The notes under the pieces: model-generated | What the model was told of the DNA's origin: nothing | Databases searched by the model: none | The model's input: only the letters and a program-made list of their open reading frames with translations | Translations under genes and position numbers: made by a program | Assembly (NCBI GenBank): GCA_963830365.1 | Contig: CAWHMU010000046.1 | Location: forward strand, 32,001-96,000 | From: an uncultured Chlamydiae bacterium | Lineage (GTDB): Bacteria; Chlamydiota; Chlamydiia; Chlamydiales; Parachlamydiaceae | Reading direction: 5' to 3' | Length of the DNA: 64,000 nt | Shown: one piece after another, positions 21,101 to 35,421 of the stretch | Numbering within the stretch: position 1 is the stretch's first letter | How the letters are laid out: each line of letters begins with the position of its first letter

Positions 21101-22991
21101 CCATTTCCATAAAACTAGGCACCATTTCAAAGAACCTGCCGATTGCCTCATCCAACTGTTTTCTTATGGCGTTTTTCTGATCTTTACTTAGCGAAGAAGC
21201 AGGCCCTTGAGCCATCCCCTTTTGCTCTGCTGAAGCGGCATCAGGCTGCGCCACCTCGGTCGTATGTTCAAACAGCGCATCGATGCGTGCAATACATGCG
21301 TTTAATTTAGCTATTTTGGCATTGCCGCCTACATCGCTAGGCAGCGCCTTCATTAACTGCTTTAGCAAAGCGAAGTTTGGAGTTTCAGTGTAGAGGCTAT
21401 CAAATAGCTGTGAAGCCGGACTCATAAGACTTTGAGCTGCATTATGTGCCGCTATCGGGCTTGCGAAGGGTGCTCGCTGTTCGCTTTGCGCTTTTATTTT
21501 GCGCTCAATTCTGGCAAGTGTTGTTTCTAGTGGCTTTAGACTCGAGTCTATCGCTTCCGGGGAGGCGTTAGATAATGCTTGGGCTAAGGCTTTCAACTCA
21601 TTTGCGTGAGCTTCAGAACTTTCTGCGTGGCTGGCCCCATGGACTATCGCAGCATGTATCGCTGCACCCTCCGACTCAATACCAAAAAGACGTCTGTTAG
21701 TAGGCATTCCATCTACAACAGGTTCATCATGAGCTGCTGGTGTAGCTTCAGAACTTTCCGCTGGGCTGGACCCATGGACTATAGCAGCAGATGTCGCTGC
21801 ATTCCCCTGATTACCGGAACCATATTGGTCAGTAGGCTTCGGATGTTCAGCGTCTTCGACAAACTCCTTAATATCTGTGACCGTAGTTTTGGCAAAGCGG
21901 CCGTAAAGCTTGGCGCCGATGAGTCCGACGGCAGCGGTGGCCACAGCAGCCCCCAGGACGGGGATGGGGTTTTCACTTGTCCAGGCTAGCAGACGCTCCA
22001 GCACGCCGGCTTGCGCAGTGGCTGTCGAAGCGGAGGTCGGGGCGGAGAATGACGATGCAGTGCTAGCGCCTGCGGCCATCGTCGGCAGGACAGGGGTAGT
22101 GTCATTAGGTGAGCAGGCCGGTATTGGTGGGTTGCTCTGGCCATCGTCGACATCGGTAGCGTTGGCTAAAGCTGAGGTCGGGTTGGCTAGCGCAGCGGGC
22201 AGACGCGCCCAGGCCGGAATATTTGTCATATTGACGACAAAGTGGGTGGCACTGCCAATGACCGAGATCGCTTTGTCTACCAGTGGATTGGCTACAGGGG
22301 TATCGCCGGGTACGACTTCTGTCTCGCCGGTGGCGTATTGGTAGATGCTGTAGCCGACGCCGGCCAGGGCGATGGCACTGAAGGCACCGAGGGCGATTTT
22401 GGCAGCTTTTGAAAGGGCTTGCGACTGTTTTTGGGCGGCATTAAGGTGGGCGATGAATTCGGGGCCTAGCGCCGACTTGTCGAAGACCGGTTTATTTTTA
22501 AAGAGGGTTTTGGAGGTGATCTGTTCGCGGCATTCTTTGGGATATGTGGCCATCAGCGCCTGAAACTGCTTTTGGAAGATGTCGAAGGCGTTTTTTGATT
22601 GAGCGTTGGGAGACTTTTCGGCTTTCAGTTTGCGGTAGGCCAGCATATAGCCGTGGCTGATCAGGGCAAAGGCATTGGAGAGCCCCACCTGGCCGATGAG
22701 GGTGTCGGCATCGAGCATGGCGGTGAATTCGGCTTTGCCGGCATCGCTGATGCCTTGGGCGCTCGCCAGGACGCGGTGGATCCAATGGTCGACGGCATCG
22801 AAGGCGCCTTTATCAAGGTGTTCCATATCGAACAAGCGCTTAAAGCCCCGATCGGTGGCGGCGGCATCGGCATTATCCCACAGCAGGATATCGGTGAGGT
22901 AGTGTGGCAGATTTTGGATGGCCGTTTGCAGGCCTGTGGCAGCGGCAGCATAGGTCGTTTGGCAGGCGGTCTTTAGTGATTGGATGGTCAT
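18162..22991 (-). CDS. Giant two-TM effector/Inc-like paralog (array member 7, 1609 aa)
   Basis: Conserved N-domain, two TM segments, tail homologous to 23368..27681 (RKQARL, QGWRL, LYDPN, GAGVVSFF). Confidence 0.9.
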   Translation of the reverse strand: MTIQSLKTACQTTYAAAATGLQTAIQNLPHYLTDILLWDNADAAATDRGFKRLFDMEHLDKGAFDAVDHWIHRVLASAQGISDAGKAEFTAMLDADTLIGQVGLSNAFALISHGYMLAYRKLKAEKSPNAQSKNAFDIFQKQFQALMATYPKECREQITSKTLFKNKPVFDKSALGPEFIAHLNAAQKQSQALSKAAKIALGAFSAIALAGVGYSIYQYATGETEVVPGDTPVANPLVDKAISVIGSATHFVVNMTNIPAWARLPAALANPTSALANATDVDDGQSNPPIPACSPNDTTPVLPTMAAGASTASSFSAPTSASTATAQAGVLERLLAWTSENPIPVLGAAVATAAVGLIGAKLYGRFAKTTVTDIKEFVEDAEHPKPTDQYGSGNQGNAATSAAIVHGSSPAESSEATPAAHDEPVVDGMPTNRRLFGIESEGAAIHAAIVHGASHAESSEAHANELKALAQALSNASPEAIDSSLKPLETTLARIERKIKAQSEQRAPFASPIAAHNAAQSLMSPASQLFDSLYTETPNFALLKQLMKALPSDVGGNAKIAKLNACIARIDALFEHTTEVAQPDAASAEQKGMAQGPASSLSKDQKNAIRKQLDEAIGRFFEMVPSFMEMVPSFMEMSTSVSTSSGHQIAEEKGAHAAEDESKSSRSAKKRQSIHSQVMSVVTKDVFNEVQLLSVLEYVQKNPKNIDKAIRKLREIQMQCDMSICDERSIRNVLSPLPAYKSSRLTSPPVGKNSSSAAALNAKESGLESTNNLLSLLEQVKKARTLPLTADQRWLIISFNDLLKSTSVQIVNQLKDLLNLMQKLKAEHIDKKIRTRRIEKLFKSFARKQARLDSFEAVASSILKGIEAEQAAIIKNQIHVVGASAMHGHNSSAFDGSSHGGMGISLDSSSLGPHSGAEATAKAEEKDAGGPPDAPVLDFSFDFGDGVKAAEAWSVEDWIAKLKMPTDLNALIVQPAKVDESKDTESFPEAIVEAVDDEAKSKAAAEKQQKDAEKLKKDTEAAIKKRITEEKRHYRLLLEHSDAENFFMPNRLSQSDEQIVAQRTNWENMAAQMTAIKDSGGMEASVCEKLCKEANDQIELLGKRLKKERISKETDIIKNVLDKYSKIELQMIVFAYDERRLDPSVVDAIKNIPEHEALAKLNDDADAVNINETLRQAFIKHLYLGDETKKMLMQQFVGMQGWRLDYILKRLESKDLPVFQPALYDPNKPNARRAQNANPNGGRQVFDPSQIANHKLRSAQPNAKTDESKLAHQTPSKGRRSEFGVALKPTLRASSNAAGTPAGIGGSPGFKKHLRPVNLLAKALTDSIQDLSEPTRSNSFITNAKQIFAGNLTEICKSAKKYLISQAQTVEPNVKANSEQGVLTLIRQILDHEADDSLSPLAMLWRKIENVNRLKVDDQDRIDCLVQAFAALALQIVNAKTPDKDVLQLGAGVVSFFNNLPEMLEQQVDSLSKDSRDEEKQYILKAPARAAAAAASSSSKPLVTFGQSAGHASSSMGTALAHSSSIGGSFLDQLKEDYTLAQAWFDGKSQVGDDKKLQALATRFKDVISAYVVAYRNYAAMPGTDLITVAGTHKAISAVYKSSTAAALD

Positions 22992-23124
22992 GTATCTTCT
23001 CGTGTTTATTGGGTCTAGTTAAATTTTCAGTTTCGTGTAAGTTTTGCCGCCGTTATCACGGGCAGGCCGGCGTTCACACTCTTAGCAGTACTTTGGCATA
23101 ATCCTGGGCTATGCCATCTAGGCG

Positions 23125-23302
23125 TAAGTCATCAAAACTCATGATATAAGTTTCGGTGGCACGGCTTGGGGTCAGGCTTGCGATTTGCGATTTGAAAGAA
23201 GAATTTACTTCCTAAAAGGCCTTGCAGGACTTTCAAATCACAAATCACAAGCCAGACCCCAAGCCTATGTCTTAAGCCCTCGCATGAGTCTTTGAGGACT
23301 TA
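23125..23302. repeat. Nested palindrome with GGGGTCAGGCTTG...CAAGCCAGACCCC REP-like core
   Basis: Inner inverted repeat 23163-23265; outer inverted repeat TAAGTCATCAAAACTCATG / CATGAGTCTTTGAGGACTTA. Confidence 0.8.
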
Positions 23303-23367
23303 TAGGCTTTTAGGCCCTTAGCGTTGTGACAGCGGCGGCAGCTGCCAAGCAGCGCCGCCCTTTAAAA

Positions 23368-27681
<4,314 letters not shown>

Positions 27682-28126
27682 AGGAGACCCTTAATGTGCT
27701 GTAGATGCTACAGGTTTTTTATATATTTTTTTAGCGGATAAACAAGCCTTTCTGGCCGGCAACAAAGGAGGAATTGAACTTTTGCCGCACCTACAAACCT
27801 GACTTCGATTTAGCTTAATTCGCTAATTATTTTTAAAAAGAGTCGGCATTATAACTATGATGGGGTTTTCAATCAAGAGAAACTGTTAGGAATTTATTAA
27901 TGAGGTCAATATAGAATTTAGATTTACCGCCTTAGATTCCCTCTTGCCAGCGCCATATGCACGCTGTCATCGCATTTTAAAAGGGCTCAACCGCCTTTGC
28001 CCGAACCGAGCCCAATGGCGGCAGATAAATAGTTAAAGCTGCGCGATAGCGCTTGCAGTGCGCAGCTTTACGCGGCGCTTTTCTTAGGATGCGTGTAGGC
28101 AGAATGTTATGATAGGCTGACGCATG

Positions 28127-29260
28127 TAGCCGCTATTTGAGATATTATATTGTTTTAATTTCGTGCATCTAAACATCCAAAACACAAAGATCATGCCGAC
28201 TAAGCTTGCCGTGCATACGGCGGCAGGATCTTCGAGGCCTCTGCCGCCGTATGCACGGCTTGAGGTCTTGGGCTGTGCTTACCACAGGTTCACACCTGTG
28301 GCTACCTGCTGCTGCCGTTTACACGGCAAACACAAGAGCTTGACCCGGATGTTCAGCTGCACGACATCAAACCAATAGCCGTTATTTGAGATATTGTTTG
28401 TATTTCGTGCATCTAACCATCCAAAACACAAAGATCATGCAGCCCAAGTTAGCCGTGCATACGGCGGCAGCGTGTAGCCATAGGTGTCAACCTATGGTAA
28501 ACCCATAAGGTATATGAAGCCGTGCATACGGCGGCAGGATCTTCGAGGCCTCTGCCGCCGTATGCACGGCTTAATCTCTTAGGCTGTGCTTACCACAGGT
28601 TCACACCTGTGGCTACCTGCTGCTGCCGTTTACACGGCTAACACAAGAGTTTGACAGGGATTTTCAGCTGCACGAAATCAAACCAATAGCCGCTATTTGA
28701 GATATTGTTTGAATTTCGTCCCTCGAAACACCCAAGATCTTGCAGCCTAAATTAACCGTGCATATGGCGGCAGCCTGTAGCCATAGGTGTCAACCTATGG
28801 AAAACCCATAAGGCATATGAAGCCGTGCATATGGCGGCAGGATCTTCGAGGGCTCTGCCGCCGTATGCACGGCTTGAGGTCTTGGGCTGTGATGACCACA
28901 GGTTCACACCTGTGGCTACCTGCTGCTGCCGTTTACACGGCTAACACAAGAGTTTGACAGGGATTTTCAGCTGCACGAAATCAAACCAATAGCCGCTATT
29001 TGAGATATTGTTTGAATTTCGTCCCTCGAAACACCCAAGATCTTGCAGCTCAAGTTAGCCATGCATACGGCGGCAGCCTGTAGCCATAGGTGTCAACCTA
29101 TGGAAAACCCATAAGGCATATGAAGCCGTGCATACGGCGGCAGGATCTTCGAGGCCTCTGCCGCCGTATGCACGGCTTGAGGTCTTGGGCTGTGCTTACC
29201 ACAGGTTCACACCTGTGGCTACCTGCTTGCGCCGTTTACACGGCTAACACAAGAGTTTGA
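28127..29260. repeat. Tandem array of four REP-A + linker units (BIME-like)
   Basis: Units start TAGCCG(C/T)TATTTGAGATATT at 28127, 28376, 28687 and 28990. Confidence 0.93.
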
Positions 29261-29319
29261 TCGGGAGGTTCCAAACGCGACGGCGCAGCGATGGATCAGC
29301 TTTAGGACTTTTTCAATAA

Positions 29320-31371
29320 CTAGGGCGGGGAAATGTCTTTCAGAAATGCCAGCCTGACGGCTTCCAGCTGGCTGCTGGATGGGGTGGGAATAGGCGCATA
29401 GGCGCCCTTAGCGTCGATATTTTTTTGGTGGTCGAGCAGCCGGATTTTGAAAAAGCGGCAGACGTGTACGCCGCAGCTGTGGACATCGTGTTGGTGGCGC
29501 TCAGCATGCACGACGAGATGCTTAAATGGAAAAGACCTTGCCAGAAGTTGAAATACATCTCCCAGATGCTGTTGGCAAGCCTCATTCGGATCATCTTTCA
29601 GAGGCCGGCTCTTAAGCTGTTCCATGCTGCTGCCTTTTGCATCGTAATATTCACAGACGCCGTCTTTTATCAGCAGGGCGGAAATGTGATAGACCAGGCC
29701 GCTTTTCATCACGATGGGCAGGCAGACAGGCAGTGAAGGGTCGAAGGCCCTGTCGTTGGCTTTGGCAAGGATGATATTCCCGATATCTTTGAGGGTTAAG
29801 CGGTCCAGCGGCTGATAGTAGAATTCTCTGATCAGGTTGAATTTAACCTTACCCTCTAAATATCTTTTAAAGAACAAATCGATAGTAGAGCTATTGAGCA
29901 TTTTGCGCCTGGCCAGCAGTTTCTGGCTGGCGAGGATCTTAGCATCGGCGCTGGGCTTGAAAGGATAGGGTTTAAAATAGCCGACGGCGGCATCAAGCCC
30001 CGTGGTAGCGGCGGCGGAGGCTTTTCCCCATAAGGCCGCCACATTGCCCAGCAGTCCGCCATTTTCGCTGCCTGCGCCGGCAGGCACCAAGGAGTAGTTG
30101 GCAAGGCCTTTACAGGTGTCAGCCTCCACGATTTCAAATTCGTCATCAGCGTCGCTTTGGGACGCCTCAAGGGTTACAAACTCATCCTCTTTTTCATCAT
30201 CCTCTTGGTCGCTGTGGCAATAATCCCACTCTTCCTCGACTAAGTTAGCGGGGGGTAAAGCGGACTTAACTTCCTGGCTGTCGTCTGAAGCTTTTGACTC
30301 TTCTTTGGCAGCGTTGAAAGGCGCAAAGGCTCCTTGGGATGACATAAAGGAGCTAGCGGCCAGTGGTGGCGTATCAGCTTTCGCCGGCGCCGCAAGCTTA
30401 GCGCTGGCAGGCACTTTTGTCTTTTCCTCAAAAGAGGCTTCAGCTGTCTTTTCCTCAAAAGAGGCTTCAGCGAGAGAGGCTTCAGAGAGAGAGGCTTTAG
30501 CGGCAGCGGTGTCAGCGGCCGCAACAATTATTTGGCCGGCAGGCATGAGCGCGGGCGTTTGCGCTAATCGTGGCTGCTGAAATGCATCGGCTGGAATAGG
30601 TGCGGCAGGCTTTTTTTTATTTTTCTTCTTTTTCCTGGCTGGCGGCGGCGTGGCCTCCGCCCCTGTTGGCGTGCCATTAACGGACATGGATGGCGAGTTG
30701 ATTTTTTGGATAGGGTTGGGGATTATGTCACTTTCAAGTATGGGGATGTTGGCAGCTTTGGGTTTATGCCCGGCCATCTTGGCCAGCACGACCAGGCTGG
30801 CAGCGATAGCGCAGGCTTTGAGCATGCTGCCTGAAATGCCGGAGGGCTGATTTTCTAAGGTGGGTAGTGGCAAGGATGGGATGGGATGGATGGGCGAAGC
30901 TACCGTCGGCACAGTTTTACCGGCAGCGGTGGTGAAATTTGCCAGCAGCGGTGGCAGATATTCGAATAGAGGGCTCATCAGGCCATCTTTAGCAATATCC
31001 AAGACTTTTGAAGCCAGGGTCGTCATGGTTTGATTTAAAGCTGGCATTGGCACACTGGTGTGGGTGATATTCTGCCCGTGCCCTGCCAAGCCGCTGCTGG
31101 CGGAGGCGGTATCGCCTAATGGCGCGGCGGAAAAAAAATAGCGGCTTAAGGTAAGGGCGCCGAGGAGTGCCATAGCCGCCAAGGCGAGGTTTGTGACGAT
31201 TTGGCAGCGCGAGGCATTTTTTGGGGCCGCTTGCATCGTTGCCGCTGGGTTCTTGGCCGCCGGCTTGGTTTGAACAAGAAGCTTGGATTTCTCACCGGCA
31301 GGCGGTTTTAGCGCTGCGCTGTGGCGTGGCAGTGCATGATTTGGAACGCCGGCATTGGCAAAAAGCATCAT
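29320..31371 (-). CDS. Membrane-anchored CE-clan (Ulp1/ChlaDUB-like) cysteine protease effector
   Basis: C-terminal YHISALL...YYDAKG...HQHDVHSCG (His-Asp-Gln-Cys order), two N-terminal hydrophobic segments, poly-Lys patch, acidic linker. Confidence 0.8.
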   Translation of the reverse strand: MMLFANAGVPNHALPRHSAALKPPAGEKSKLLVQTKPAAKNPAATMQAAPKNASRCQIVTNLALAAMALLGALTLSRYFFSAAPLGDTASASSGLAGHGQNITHTSVPMPALNQTMTTLASKVLDIAKDGLMSPLFEYLPPLLANFTTAAGKTVPTVASPIHPIPSLPLPTLENQPSGISGSMLKACAIAASLVVLAKMAGHKPKAANIPILESDIIPNPIQKINSPSMSVNGTPTGAEATPPPARKKKKNKKKPAAPIPADAFQQPRLAQTPALMPAGQIIVAAADTAAAKASLSEASLAEASFEEKTAEASFEEKTKVPASAKLAAPAKADTPPLAASSFMSSQGAFAPFNAAKEESKASDDSQEVKSALPPANLVEEEWDYCHSDQEDDEKEDEFVTLEASQSDADDEFEIVEADTCKGLANYSLVPAGAGSENGGLLGNVAALWGKASAAATTGLDAAVGYFKPYPFKPSADAKILASQKLLARRKMLNSSTIDLFFKRYLEGKVKFNLIREFYYQPLDRLTLKDIGNIILAKANDRAFDPSLPVCLPIVMKSGLVYHISALLIKDGVCEYYDAKGSSMEQLKSRPLKDDPNEACQQHLGDVFQLLARSFPFKHLVVHAERHQHDVHSCGVHVCRFFKIRLLDHQKNIDAKGAYAPIPTPSSSQLEAVRLAFLKDISPP

Positions 31372-31449
31372 CAGTAATATTTATTAATTAATATAATAAT
31401 TTAATTTTCAACTATCATTATGCCGCAAGGCGTTTGTAAAGACAACATT

Positions 31450-31636
31450 TAATGAGTATCCATGAAGTTTTCCCGTCCTTCTCTGTGTCTCGGTGCCTCG
31501 GTGGTAAAATCTGTTTGCCTGTGGTATAGTATTATTAATCAATATGTTAAGAAAATCTTCACCACCGAGACACAGAGGCACAGAGAAGTAAAATGAAGCT
31601 TGCTCTTTAGGGTATTGTTAATTGGGTACTCATTTG
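31450..31636. mobile_element. Degenerate copy of the 209-bp ISL3-ended MITE
   Basis: Homologous to 37003..37211 and to the reverse complement of 58076..58284. Confidence 0.7.
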
Positions 31637-31645
31637 AGGTTTTCC

Positions 31646-32182
31646 GGTTCATCGCACAAATGAGTACCTGCCCATGATGATTCGTCAAAAAGCCTTAGTA
31701 ATTGATTGTTGAAATATGAGAAGTAATGATCTATTTATAATGTTCTTTTTGAAACAAATCGGCATTCTAGCACAGAAGGTCTAATTAGCCTCGACAGAGG
31801 CGGCAGCATGTAGCCATAGGTGTCAACCTATGGAATAAAATGTAGTATAAAGAGAGCCGTGAATACGGCGACAGCAATTTCGATGGAAGCTGAATTAGAT
31901 GTAATTATTATAGTATATACCATCCTTAGTCATTGCTGCCGCCGTATTCACGGCTTTGTTTCTAAACATGCGATTACCACACGCTGACGCATGTGGCTAC
32001 TTGCTGCCGCCTCTATCGAGGCTGTAAAAATGTTCTCATGGCTTGTGCCCTATCTCTTGTAGGCAGTGCCAACTCAAATCCTTCCTTCACAGGATCGAAC
32101 GCGCAATTTGCCATTATGTATGATTTATTTAACATCCTCCATTAGTTTACATATGGGGAGGTACGCGATTGTGCGATGAACC
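31646..32182. mobile_element. ISL3-type MITE with 8-bp TSD, carrying a REP-A
   Basis: Terminal inverted repeats GGTTCATCGCACAA / TTGTGCGATGAACC; GGTTTTCC duplicated at 31638-31645 and 32183-32190. Confidence 0.85.
31787..32023. repeat. REP-like family A palindrome
   Basis: AGCCTCGACAGAGGCGGCAGCATGTAGCC...GGCTACTTGCTGCCGCCTCTATCGAGGCT. Confidence 0.88.
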
Positions 32183-32368
32183 GGTTTTCCCGCCCTTCTC
32201 TGTGTCTCGGTGCCTCGGTGGTGAATGACCTTCCTTTAATGAATTAAAACAAAAGCCTTATACATCCCTAGCCCCTTAGCAAATAACTCTTAGTGTCACT
32301 CTATGTTTCTGTGCTTGAGTTTTAGCAGTGGCGCGTTATATGCTGTCAATTTTAGACAGGATCATCAT

Positions 32369-33178
32369 ATGCAGGCATCATTGCACGACTCACCGCTGGC
32401 GTTCATCGCCATGCAGGCCGCCATGCGGGCGGGGCATTTTTTGCGCAAAGGTTTTGGCAGCCGGTTCACCATTGAAGTCAAAGCCAACGCGCAGGATCTG
32501 GTGACGGAGTTCGATAGGACGGCGGAAAAGATGATCATCGATTTCATCCGTGAGCAGTTTCCTAGCCACACTTTCCTGGCCGAAGAGAGCGGCGCTTCAG
32601 GCGAGGCGCAGGGCGTAGCTAACAACGACGGCGTGCGCTGGATCATCGATCCGCTGGACGGCACGATGAATTTTGTCCATCATATCCCGCTCTTTGCCGT
32701 CAGCATCGCCGCCATGGTGGGCGACGTGGTGGAAGTCGGCGTCATCTACCACCCCATGACCGACGAGCTGTTCGTGGCCCAACGCGGCCGGGGCGCCTAC
32801 CTCAACGGCACGCGGCTGCAGGTCAGTACCATCAGCACGATGGCGCAGGCCGTAGTCTGCGCCGGTTTCCCCTATGGCGCTAACGATTGCCGCCGGCAAT
32901 GCATCGCGCAATATATGCGCCTGCTGGATGTCGGCAATCCCATCCGCCTGCTAGGATCTGCGACGATGGCGCTGTCGTATGTGGCGGCGGGACGTTTCGA
33001 TGTCTTCTGGGGTATGAATTTGCAGCCCTGGGATATGGCGGCGGGGAGTTTGCTGGTGGAGGAAGCCGGCGGCAGGCTTACGCATTTCGATGGCTGCTTG
33101 CATAGTATTTTTGGAAAGACGAATGTCGTGGCTACGAACCGGCATTTGCATGAGGCTATGTTGGCTTTTTTAAAATGA
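32369..33178 (+). CDS. suhB: Inositol monophosphatase family protein
   Basis: DLVTEFD, EES, WIIDPLDGTMNF and PWDMAAG motifs; ATG 32369 preferred over 32303. Confidence 0.92.
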   Translation: MQASLHDSPLAFIAMQAAMRAGHFLRKGFGSRFTIEVKANAQDLVTEFDRTAEKMIIDFIREQFPSHTFLAEESGASGEAQGVANNDGVRWIIDPLDGTMNFVHHIPLFAVSIAAMVGDVVEVGVIYHPMTDELFVAQRGRGAYLNGTRLQVSTISTMAQAVVCAGFPYGANDCRRQCIAQYMRLLDVGNPIRLLGSATMALSYVAAGRFDVFWGMNLQPWDMAAGSLLVEEAGGRLTHFDGCLHSIFGKTNVVATNRHLHEAMLAFLK

Positions 33179-34077
33179 CTCGCTCCTCCCCTCTTTTACA
33201 GATCACAAACCTGCATGTGGCTTTTGCCACCGATAGCGGCCGGCGCGAAGTGGTGCATGGCATCGATTTAAAGCTTGAGCGCGGTGAAATTCTAGGCCTC
33301 GTCGGGGAATCCGGCAGTGGCAAAAGCGTGACGGCGCAGGCCATCATCGGGCTTTTGGGCACAGCTGGCAAGATGACGCAGGGAGAGATTTTTTTCGATG
33401 GCGAGAGGCTGGATACCAAGACTTTACGTGAGCTGCAGCACATCCGCGGCAAAAAGATCGGCATGGTCTTCCAAGATCCGATGCGCTCGCTGAATCCGAC
33501 AGTGTCCATCGGCCGCCAGATTGCCGAGATGCTAGTCGTCCACGACCGCTTGTCCAGGCGCAAGGCGCAGGCGCGGGCGCTTGAGCTGCTGGCAGAGGTC
33601 GGCATCGCCGAACCCGACAGGCGCTATCACGCCTATCCTTTCCAGCTCAGCGGCGGTATGTGCCAGCGCGTCATGATCGCCATCGCCCTGGCATGCCGGC
33701 CGCTATTGCTGATTGCCGATGAGCCGACGACAGCGCTGGATGTCACTATCCAGGCCCAGATCCTTGAGCTGCTGCAGGCCGCCTGCCGCGATAGCGGCAT
33801 GAGCCTTTTGCTGATCACGCATGATCTCGGCATCGTCGCCGGCAGCTGCGACCGGGCGGCCGTAATGCAACATGGCCGGATTGTGGAGATGGCGGCGGTG
33901 GAAAATTTGTTTGCCGCGCCTTGCCACCCCTATACGCAGGCCCTGCTGGCGGCGCGCGCCGGCATGACAGATGCAAAGCTCACCCCGGCACCGGACTATT
34001 TACAGACACATTGGCAGACATCTGCCTTAACAGATATACAGGCTTATGCACAGACAGAAGAGGTCTATGCAGGCTGA
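33175..34077 (+). CDS. oppD: Oligopeptide ABC transporter ATP-binding protein
   Basis: [40 protein letters not shown]. Confidence 0.93.
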   Translation: MTRSSPLLQITNLHVAFATDSGRREVVHGIDLKLERGEILGLVGESGSGKSVTAQAIIGLLGTAGKMTQGEIFFDGERLDTKTLRELQHIRGKKIGMVFQDPMRSLNPTVSIGRQIAEMLVVHDRLSRRKAQARALELLAEVGIAEPDRRYHAYPFQLSGGMCQRVMIAIALACRPLLLIADEPTTALDVTIQAQILELLQAACRDSGMSLLLITHDLGIVAGSCDRAAVMQHGRIVEMAAVENLFAAPCHPYTQALLAARAGMTDAKLTPAPDYLQTHWQTSALTDIQAYAQTEEVYAG

Positions 34078-35053
34078 CACCCCCATCACTCCTCCGCCGC
34101 CCCTGCTGAAGCTGGAAAGGATCCATAAAACCTTCCCATATGGGAAAAAGCTGCTGCATGCTCTGCATGATATCAACCTGACGCTGTTGAAGGGCGAGAC
34201 GCTCGGCCTGGCCGGCGAATCGGGCTGCGGCAAATCAACGCTGGGAAAGGTCGCTTTGGGCTTGGAAGCGCCGACCTCAGGACGCCTGTCGTTTGAAGGG
34301 CAGGAGCTCTCGTCCCTGTCAGGCTCTGCCAGGCGCGCCTTGCGCTGCAAGCTGCAACTCGTCTTCCAGGATCCCTATGGCTCGCTCAACCCGCGCCTGA
34401 CCATCGAGCAGATCATCGGCGAAGGGATCGATATCCACCGCCTGGCAGAGGGCGATGCGCGCCGCCATAAAATCCTCAGCCTGCTCACCGCCATGGGACT
34501 TGAGGCCGCTATGCTGCCGCGCTATCCGCATGAATTCAGCGGCGGACAGCGCCAGCGCATCGCCATCGCAAGAGCCCTGGCTGTCGATCCCCAGCTGCTG
34601 GTATGCGATGAGCCGCTCTCGGCACTGGACGCCTGTACGCAAAGCCAAGTCATGGCGCTGCTGCTCCAGTTGAAAGAGGAGCGCAAGCTCACCTATCTTT
34701 TCATCTCGCACGACCTGCATGCCATGCGGCGCATCGCCGACACCATCGCCGTCATGTACCTCGGCCATATCGTCGAAATGGCGCCGACACAGCGCCTGTT
34801 CACTGCGCCAAAGCATCCCTATACGCAAGCGCTGCTCTCCTCAATTCCCATTCCCGACCCTGTGCTTGAGAAAAAGCGCTCCCGCCTGATCCTGCAGGGT
34901 GAACTCCCCTCCCCTTTGCAGCCGCCATCAGGCTGCCCCTTCCACCCACGCTGTCCAAAAGCCATGCCCATCTGCCGCCAGCAAAAGCCCGAGCTTGTGG
35001 CTATTTCCTCTAGTTCCCCAAAGCATCTCGCCGCCTGCCATTTCGTTGCCTGA
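34067..35053 (+). CDS. oppF: Oligopeptide ABC transporter ATP-binding protein
   Basis: GESGCGKS, YPHEFSGGQRQRI, HPYT, GCPFHPRC. Confidence 0.93.
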   Translation: MQADTPITPPPPLLKLERIHKTFPYGKKLLHALHDINLTLLKGETLGLAGESGCGKSTLGKVALGLEAPTSGRLSFEGQELSSLSGSARRALRCKLQLVFQDPYGSLNPRLTIEQIIGEGIDIHRLAEGDARRHKILSLLTAMGLEAAMLPRYPHEFSGGQRQRIAIARALAVDPQLLVCDEPLSALDACTQSQVMALLLQLKEERKLTYLFISHDLHAMRRIADTIAVMYLGHIVEMAPTQRLFTAPKHPYTQALLSSIPIPDPVLEKKRSRLILQGELPSPLQPPSGCPFHPRCPKAMPICRQQKPELVAISSSSPKHLAACHFVA

Positions 35054-35146
35054 AACAAGCTTCGCCCTGACCGCATGGACGCAGCGGACGATGCGGACGA
35101 TGCGGACAGCGGCAGGCGGACAACACAGGCAGACTAAGATCGCCAC

Positions 35147-35290
35147 GTTCACCTTCACAAGAAAACTTTTGGTCACGATGATACAATCTTCTCTATCTTC
35201 TCTCTGTGCTCTCTGTGCCTCTGTGTTTCAAAAAAATCAAACACAGAGGCACAGAGAGCACGGAGCAAGAAATTAACCGGTTGGGTGAAC
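35147..35290. mobile_element. MITE-like family C
   Basis: GTTCACC...GGTGAAC termini; CTCTGTGCCTCTGTGTTT / AAACACAGAGGCACAGAG hairpin. Confidence 0.78.
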
Positions 35291-35421
35291 AACGCCAAGA
35301 TAAGCGCTGACCGCGCTGTCCTCACCCTAATAAAATCTGCTTTTAATAATCGCCATAATAAAATAAGTTGTTATATAATTAAACAAAGATGAACAGGATT
35401 TTTATTATAATGAGGTGAATT

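Noticed and set aside
28127..29260. Possible CRISPR array
   Set aside because: Units are ~300 bp and conserved throughout, with no unique spacers and no cas genes in the window
35077..35122. Short GCGGACGAT-type 9-bp tandem after oppF
   Set aside because: Only about three degenerate units and no second copy in the window; function cannot be supported
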